Shown here in pieces: positions 55,726-64,000 of a DNA stretch of 64,000 bases. A model generated the notes under the pieces. That model was given only the letters and a program-made list of their open reading frames with translations, had not been told where the DNA came from and did no database searches. The position numbers and the translations under genes are program-made. Source of the DNA: Malacoraja senta (taxonomy: Eukaryota). The stretch is from the NCBI GenBank assembly GCA_038087875.1, contig CM075991.1, positions 6,014,001-6,078,000 of the forward strand, read 5' to 3'. Within the stretch, counting starts at the first letter, position 1, and each line of letters begins with the position of its first letter.

Positions 55726-58267
55726 GGCGTCACCCACAGGACAGCATACGTCAGCGTGTGACAGGGCGCGTGACATGCTGAGACACCCAAATGTCGCCCC
55801 AGGATTTTGAACATTCCAAAATCCTGGGGCGACAGGGAAGCTCCGCGCGTTACCGCACGTCACTGCATGCGTCACCACGCCTCACCACACGTCATGCCCG
55901 CGTCACGACCCGACCACGATGCGACTCCCTCTTTTTAGGCTGTCACCTAAATGTCGCCCAATTGTTGCCCAAGTGGGACAGGCCCTTGACTCTTGCTATT
56001 TAAAACTTGCTCACAGTTCTCATGTGATGCGCTGGTGTCTGAAGTCAGTCCAATAGCCTGCTCCAGCTCTTTGCTAATGATCAGTTCCAAGTCTGTGGTG
56101 CTCCCTCTCCCTCTCCCTCTCCTTCTCCCTCTCCCACCACCTCTCCCTCTCTTCTTCCTCTCTCTCCCTCTCTTCCCTCTCCCTCTCCCATTCACAATCA
56201 TTACTTTCCCACCTTATCCGCCCATTCATCCCACCTCCCCACTGAGACATGTCAGTGGTGCTGTGACAACTCAGCTCAGACCATTGCACTCAAGAATCAG
56301 AAGACCCAAGTGGTCAAGTCCTACACCAGAGACTTGGGAATGGAAATATGTTCTTGGTTGTGATCAGATTTCAGGAGCAGAGTGCAGTGGGCAGCCACTG
56401 TTATTTTGTTCATTTAACCTAAGCAACAGAGATGAAATTCAACTCCCTTTGCCCAAAAATCAAGGCTAATCCTTCAATGCTGCCTATAAATACTTCTCAA
56501 TAGGACGCTAATTCGAAACCCTGTTGCTTTCTCAACTGGTTATTTTAGATTCCACAACCAATGCTTCTCGGGAGATTTCCACAGGGCATCCTTGAACATT
56601 GCAGAGTTGTTAATTCTACTGTGTGTGGCTGTACACTGTGTCTATCAGTGCAGAAGTTGTCTACATTATAACAGTGGTCGCACTTCAGAAGCACTTCATT
56701 GGCTGCTTAACGCCTCGGAATGGGCCGAGGATTATATAAATGCAACTCTTTCTTTTCAAGTGGCTGGAGAGGGGTCGACAGACAGCATCATCTGCCTCGT
56801 ATCTCTGTCCTTTTCCATGCAAGGTACAAGGAGCTTCCACCGCATGCATGTGGTAACCAGGTAGTTCCAGGTTCTGATCCGGTGGGATTTCCGCGTCGCT
56901 GTGTTGGGCTGACGGAGCATAACAAGGGCTCCTTGTCATCCATACGGACTGGCCCAGAGTCCTCTCCAGCACCGAGATCCGCACAGCCGGCAACGACCCG
57001 ACTGAAGACTCCAGAGCAGTTATTATGGCTCAGGTCAGTCTATGTTCCCGGCTACTTCTTGGTGTGTGCACATTGATGGGTTGGCATGGCTGGCTGAGTG
57101 GCCCAGTTCAGTAGAGCAAGAGGCCAGGTCAATGGGAGAATATCCATACCAGTCAGCAGTGAACCATCAGTCTTAAAGGATAGAAGATGAGTTTGAAGAT
57201 GATATTTATAACACATGGCCCCAGCTCAGTTGATTAATATGGGATCATTAGATCATCACCAAACCAGCCTTTTCATGATATAGAGTCATACAGCAGGGAA
57301 ACAGGCCTTTCGGCCCAACTTGCCCGTGCTAACCAACATGCCCCATCTACACTAGTCCTGCCTGCCTGCTTTTGGCCCATATCCTACTAAACTTTTTTCC
57401 TATCCATGTACCTGTCTAAATATCTTTTAAAAGTTGCGATAGCCCCAGCCTCATCTAGCTCCTTTGGCAGCTTGTTCCATACACCCACCATCCTTTGTGT
57501 GAAAAAGTTTCCCTGCAGGTTCCTATTAAATCCTTCCCCTCTCACCTTAAACCCATGTCTGATGGAATGACTTAAGATGCAGGTTGAAGGAGTTAAAATG
57601 AAAATCAGCTACGAGTGGTAGAACAGACTTGAGGGTCCGAATGGCCTCTACTTGAGTTTACCTTTGCTTGTGCATTCTAAGATGTGTGGAACTCCAGGGC
57701 AAAGACCAAGGAAGCTGGGAGCCATCTCAGAGATTTGGCGTGGGCACAAGGGGCCAAATGGCCTTTCTCCGCTTTGGATGCAAGTAATTGCTGATCCGGA
57801 GAAGTTAGTGGCAAAAACACTTGCTTATGAGAAAGATAGACACAAAAAGCTGGAGTAACTCAGCGGGACAGGCAGCATCTCTGGAGAGAAGCCTGTCCCG
57901 AGATGGTGCCTGTCATCCAACTTTTTGTGTCTATCTTTGGTTTAAACCAGCATCTGCAGTTCCTTCCTATTCACTTGCTTATGAGAGACCACCTCACCTC
58001 AGAGAGCAGATGGAACACAGTCATCTCAACACAGAGGCCTGGAAATCTGCCTTGGATCACCGGTCAGCGCGGACTCAGTGGGCCAGAGGGCCTGTTTCCG
58101 CGCTGCATCTCTACACTAGTGGACTCGGAGCATCTGACTCTGGTCTGTCTGTGTCTGTGACGCACTATATTAAGGCAGGTTGCTGACAGTGAATTCACGG
58201 GGAGATTAAGAGTGGCGAGAGAATGTCTAATTTTGTAATGTTTTAATGCTTATATGTGTTCTTGCAG

Positions 58268-61200
58268 ACAATCCTTGTGTGCGTCACACTGCTGCTGATG
58301 GCATTCGACATGTGCTACAGCGACTGCAAGTTTGTGATGAAGACTGAAAGTGGTAAGGCACTAGCCAACATACCTAATCACCCTCAATATCTTCCCTTCA
58401 AGACTGCTCTTCAGCGTGAAGGATGCAGGTCTTCAATACAATGGACAGAGAGGGAGAGAGAGGGGGGCCGGGGGAGAGGAAGAGAAAGAGGGGGTAAATG
58501 GAGTGTGAGAAAGAGAGGAAGGTAGAAAGAGGGAGTGAGAGAGAGAGGAAAATGGAGAGTGAGAAAGAGAGAGAAAGGTAGAGACAGAGAGGGGGCGGAT
58601 GGAAAGAGACTGGGTGATAAAGAGCAAAAACATTAAAGGAAGAGAGAGAAGAGGGGAAATAAGGACAGAATGAAGGGAGAGTGAAAGAAACAGAGAGAGA
58701 AATAAAAATGTGTGATGGAGAGAATGACACAGAGGGCAGAAGAGAGATAAAGAGAAAGAAAAGACAGACAAAGGAAGGAATGAGTGGAAGAGCAAGAAAA
58801 ATAAAGAGAAAAAGTGAGGAATACAGAAAGCAAAGAGTGGGAAAGATAAAACGAAGGAGAGAGAGAGAGGGGGGAGAGAGAGAGAGAGAGAGCGCGCAAA
58901 TTCTCATGCTGGCTCTCCATTCTATGTTTTTCTCTCTTTCCCTTTCACCTTCCTTTCTTTCTTGCATTCTGTTTTTCTTTCTTGCTGGATAGGCGACATC
59001 GCCAATCTATTCCCTCCATTGATGCTGCCTGACTCACGGAGTTCCTCCAGCACTTTGTGTCTTTTTTTTCGATAGGTTATCGGCAGGGTGCTTCAGTGTC
59101 CAGGGTGCAGCGCTTGTAGTACTCACCCTGGACACCAGAGTGCAGCAGCACCTCAGCAGTGGAAGCTCCATGGCAGAGAGGAAGGAGGTCGAGTAGAGGT
59201 TGTCTTCCTCTCTGGGAGGAGAGTGGGAGGAGGGGAGGGGAGGCCATGGGGGGCATCTCACTCTTCCATTCATCGATAAAAGGTGGGGAATGAGCTTTTC
59301 AAATCAGAAAGCAAGAAAATAATGTAGGAAGGAACTGCAACTGTGGGTTTAAACCGAATAGACCCTAAATGCTGGAGTAACTCAGCGGGCCAGGCAGCAT
59401 CTCTGGATAGGAATGGGTGATGTTTCGGGTCGAGACCCTTTTTCAGACTGAGGCAGCGTTTCTGGATAGAAGGATGGGTGACGTTTCAAATGCTGCCTGG
59501 CCCGCTGAGTTATTCTAGCATTTTGTGTCTGAGCAAGAAAATAATACGTTTTTACATAAACCCTTTGAATGTAGTAAAGCATTTCAAGATCAATTGATTG
59601 AAAGATACAGCATGGGGATAGGCCCTTCGGCGTGGCGAGTCCATGCCAATCATCGATCAGCCATTTGCAATGGATTTAAGAGAGAGTTAGATAGAGCTCG
59701 AGGGGGCTAGTGGAGTCAAAGGATATGGGGAGAAGGCAGGCACGGGTTATTGATAGGGGATGATCAGCCATGATCACAATGAATGGCGGTGCTGGCTCGA
59801 AGGGCCGAATGGCCTCCTCCTGTACCTATTTTCTATGTTTCTATGTTTCATTGTTATGCTACTTTCACATCCCCGCACTAACAGCACACTAGGGGCAATT
59901 TTATTGAGGCCAATTAACCCACGAAAACCAGACATCTTTGGGATACGGGTGTAAACCGGAGCACCCGGACGAACCCCACATGGTTATAGGGAGAACGTGC
60001 AAACTGCAGACAAACTGCACCCGAGGTCAGGATGAAACCCGGGTCTCCAGCGCCGTGTGGGAGCCGCTCCACCCGCTGCACCACTGTGCCGCCAAATAAG
60101 GGGATAATAGAGATCTTGGATAGCTCCTCATACCTCATAAAAAGACAAGCACATTGTGTTTTAATTGTAATTTAAGACACAAAGTGCTGGAGTAATTCAG
60201 CGGGTCAGGCAGCATCTCTGAAGAAAATTGATATCCATGTTCTCCAGGGATGCTACCTGACCTGTTGAGTTACCCCAGCACTCTGTGTCATATTTTTGTA
60301 AACCAGCATCTGCAGTTCCTTGTTCCTAAAAACTATCCCTTGACCCCACTCATCTTGATCATCTTGACCCCCTCCATCTTCCAAACCATAACTGATCCTA
60401 ATGCTCCTAGCAATCTCCCCTCCACAGCCTCCAACCTGCTTGTTCCTCTATTCATGATCTTCCAAGATGCTACCTGCTCCACTGAGCTACTCCAGCACTC
60501 TTTGTCTTCTTTATAAACCAGTGTCTGCAGGTCCTTGTTTCTATAGTTCTCTAACCGCAAACTGCCTATTTCTATTTCCTTTCCAAAATCCACAAGCAGG
60601 GTTGCCTGAGCAGCACCATCGATTCTGCCTGCTCTTCCCCATTGATCGCCAAGTATCTTGAAGATAGACACAAAATGCAGGAGTAACTCAGCGGGTCAGG
60701 CAGCATCTCTGAGGAAAAGGAATAGCTTACCTTCTCTCGACCGAAACATCACCTATTCCTTTTCTCCAGTGGTGCTGCCTGAACCGCTGAGTTACTACGG
60801 CATGTTATCTATCTTCGGTGTTATCTGGCATCTGCAGTCCCTGCCTCCAAATGCCTTGATTCTGTCTTGTTCCCCCTTTGTCCAGTCCCTTCCCACTTAC
60901 ATCCAGGGCACCTCGCACCCTTCAATAACTTCAAATTCCTTGGCTCTAACCTCCTAATCTTGATCAGATTTCCAGTGACCCAGGTTCAATCCTGACCTAT
61001 AGTGCTATCTCTGTGGAGTTTGCACGTTCGCCCTGTGACCAAGAGGTTTTCCTCTGGATGTTTAGGTGTCTCTCACTTCCAGGTGACATGTGTAGAGGAG
61101 AGGTAGAACCTGGGGGGGATAGAAGTTGATGGGAATGGGGCGAGATTACCTTCAGGTTGGTGTAAAGGGGTGCCTGAGGGTTGACATGGAGACTGCGGGC

Positions 61201-62106
61201 CGAATGGGCTACTTCCGTGCTGTATGACTCCATGAATCAATCCCCCATCAACCTCCCAGTTCTGTGATGTTCATAAGTGATAGAAGCACCATTAGACCAT
61301 TCGGCCCATCAAGTCACAAGTTCACAAGTTATAGGAGTAGAATTAGAACATTCGGCCCATCAAGTCTACTCCGACATTCAATCATGGCTGATCTTTGCCT
61401 CCTAATCCCATTTTCCTTCCGTCTCCCCATGACACCCGTTCTAATCAATAATTTGTCTATCTCTGCCTTAAAGATATCCACTGACTTGGCTTCCACAGCC
61501 CTCTGTGGCAATGAGTTCTACAGATTAACTACCCTCTGACTAAAGAGGCTCCTCCTCACCTCCTCTCTAAAAGAGCGCCCTTTGATTCTGAGGCCATGAC
61601 CTCTGGTCCTAGACTCTCCTGCCAGTGGAAACATCCTTTCCACATCCACTCTATCTATGCTTTTCATTATTCTGTAAGTTTCAATGAGGTCCCTCCCTCA
61701 ACCTTCTGAACTCCAGTCTACTCCGCCATTCGATTGCGGCTGATCTATCTCTCAACCCCATTGTCCTGCCTTCTCCCCATAACCCCCTGGCACCAGTACT
61801 AATCAAGAATCTATCTGTCTCTGCCTTAAAAATATCCATTGACTTGGCCACCACAGCTTTCTGCGGCAATAAGTTCCAACTCTGCCTGGTGCCTCAGCCA
61901 TGATCACATTGAATGGCGGTGCTGGCTCAAAGGGCCGAATGGCCTACTCCTGCACTTATTGTCTATTGTCTATTGCCTGATGCTGAGATTTCTTTCTTTG
62001 CAGAGTGTTTGGAAAACGGGATTCCGCACAGCGTTGGCTCAATGTGGAAGGGTGAAGATTGCTACTCCTGTTACTGTGGCAAAGTCACTGCTATCTGCTG
62101 TACAGA
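58268..62106 (+). CDS. MSMB-like: MSMB-like copy G (divergent): exon 2 58268-58352, exon 3 62004-62106; exon 1 not located, exon 4 probably beyond the window
   Basis: cag|TILVCVTLLLMAFDMCYSDCKFVMKTES|gtaagg is 85 bp with Cys at codon 20, as in the other copies. cag|ECLENGIPHSVGSMWKGEDCYSCYCGKVTAICCT|gtaagt. Phases 0/1/2. Confidence 0.85.
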
Positions 62107-62264
62107 GTAAGTGGCAGGCTTGTGTTTCCACAGTGCCAGAATGCACCTTCCTGGTCCGCTTCTGACGACTTGCAACTTCCATCAATTTCCCGTCTGAATG
62201 AGATTTTCAGTCAAGGTGGCATTTTTAATCTCGCCCACTGTGAGAAACAACATGATACGTATCA

Positions 62265-62495
62265 AAGGTAGACAAAAAATGCTGGAGAAACTCAGCGGGT
62301 GAGGCAGCATCTATGGAGAGAAGGAATTGGCGATGTTTCGGGTCGAGACCCTTCTAAGAAAGATCAGTCTGAAGAAGGATCTCGACCCGAAACGTCGCCA
62401 ATTCCTTCTCTCCATAGATGCTGCCTCACCCACTCAGTTTCTCCAGCATTTTTTGTCTACGTTCAATTTTTCCAGCATCTGCAGTTCTTTCTTAA
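62265..62495. mobile_element. Inverted pair of Penelope pLTR-derived repeats with a hammerhead-like core (representative of many)
   Basis: Fold-back of gctggagaaactcagc..ccttct; CTGAAGA-A-GGATCTCGACCC-GAAACGTC at 62369-62396. Confidence 0.65.
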
Positions 62496-64000
62496 ACACA
62501 GAAACATAGAAAATCGGTGCAGGAGGAGGCCATTCGGCCCTTCGAGCCAGCACCGCCATTCATTGTGATCATGGCTGATCGTCCCCAATCAATAACCCGT
62601 GCCTGCCCCTAGAGCTCTACCTAACTCTCTCTTAAATCCATCGCATGACGGCCTCCACTGCCCTCTGTGGCAGGGAATTCCACAAATTCACAACTCCTTG
62701 GGTTTAAACGTTTTTTCTCACCTCAGTCTTAAATGGCTTCCCCCAAGGCGTATCAAGTCTTGGGATAAGTAAGTAGGTTCCTTACCTATCTTCGACCCAT
62801 TAGGACCCCAACAGTGCTGCAGCAGTTAGTTCTTCTGTCACTCCTCTCACAAGGTTTTGGCCAGGATTGGAGCCTCAACCATTGAAAGATTACACACTAT
62901 GTTTTGGGCTAAACTTTGAACAATGCCGGTACATTCAAAACACAATAACACCCACAGGAAACAGGAGCTTCTAATCTAGATTCGTCAAAGGAAATCTGAA
63001 ACAGCAAGACATACCAACAAGAGGTATTTGTCGAGTCACGCCGCACTGAGATGGCCCTTCGGCCCACAGAATCAATGCAAGCACCCATTTACACTAAACC
63101 ATACCAATCTCTTTTTAACTCTCCCTCCCTTTCCTTGGATTCAACGCTCACTTGGGGCAAATTACAGTGGATAATTAATCAACCAAACTGCAGATCTTTG
63201 GGATGTGGGAGGAAAGTGTGGCACTCGGAGGAAACCCACTCGGTCACTGGGAGAGCGTGCAAACTCTGCACATACAGCACTGGAGGTCAGTATCGAGCCG
63301 GGGTCGCTGGAGCTGGGAGGCAGTGGCTCCAATGGCTGCACTGTGGCACCATGTCATATGTACACTTGATGATGCCATTATATCTCTAATTGCATGACTT
63401 AGTTACACGTTATACAAACACACCAGTGCGTCGCATGACCTTACGGTGCACAACTTAGCTGCTGCCTTTCCCACAGTGAAAGAGCTCACCCATGGATCAC
63501 TGGTTGCAAAGCACATGCGGATGGATACCCTGTCAGGAGTACAGAGGCACCTTCTGCTCCCTCCGCTGTGCCAGCTGGGCCAATATGTTCCAGTTGTAGG
63601 CAAAGCCTTGACATGAGCTGCCACCCAATCCAATCTGACCCTCACACTTGTTCATGGTGTCATCATTCTCCGCATGAGACCATTTATTGTCCATCCCTGG
63701 TTATCCCCGAACTTGTTTCCAGAGAAAACAATTCAAGTCTGTTCAACCTCTTCCTGGAGCTAATACCCTCTAATCAAGACATCATTCGGGTAAATCTCCT
63801 TGGCACTTTTTCCAAAGCCCCCACATCCTTCCTATAATGGGGCGACCAGAAATGAACACAATGCTCCAAATGCGGTCTAACCAAAATCTGATAGAGCTGC
63901 AACATGACTTCCTGATTACCCCAACCATTGATGGCAAGTATATCATGTGGCTTGTTTGCCAGGAAGGCCTTTCTGAGATAATTCCTCTTCTACTTCTTCT

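Noticed and set aside
56484..56600. TATAAATA as promoter / exon 1 of copy G
   Set aside because: No ATG|GT donor follows it, so exon 1 cannot be assigned from sequence alone.

Overview
Eukaryotic, repeat-rich vertebrate DNA. The CR1 LINE, Penelope, HE1/V-SINE-like and DIRS content suggests a cartilaginous fish, probably a skate or ray (inference). The main content is mostly invisible in the ORF track: a cluster of at least seven beta-microseminoprotein (MSMB/PSP94, snake small serum protein-like) gene copies. They share a 4-exon layout: ATG-only coding exon 1, an 85-bp signal-peptide exon 2, a Cys-rich exon 3 and a terminal exon 4, giving 10 mature Cys. Copies: A (+, exons 3-4, lesioned); B (+, exons 1-3, exon 4 probably in the N gap); C (+, exon-2 acceptor mutated); D (+, exons 3-4 only, from a 9.03-kb tandem duplication); E (-, intact); F (+, intact, short C-terminus); G (+, divergent, exons 2-3 in window). 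E and F are head-to-head arms of an old inverted duplication. Inserted elements include a full-length decayed DIRS retroelement, a THAP-derived fold-back element, a TIR element with a 7-bp TSD, a Helitron-like element, Harbinger-like MITEs, CR1 LINEs, and Penelope fragments with minimal hammerhead motifs. All translations, alignments and counts were done by hand.
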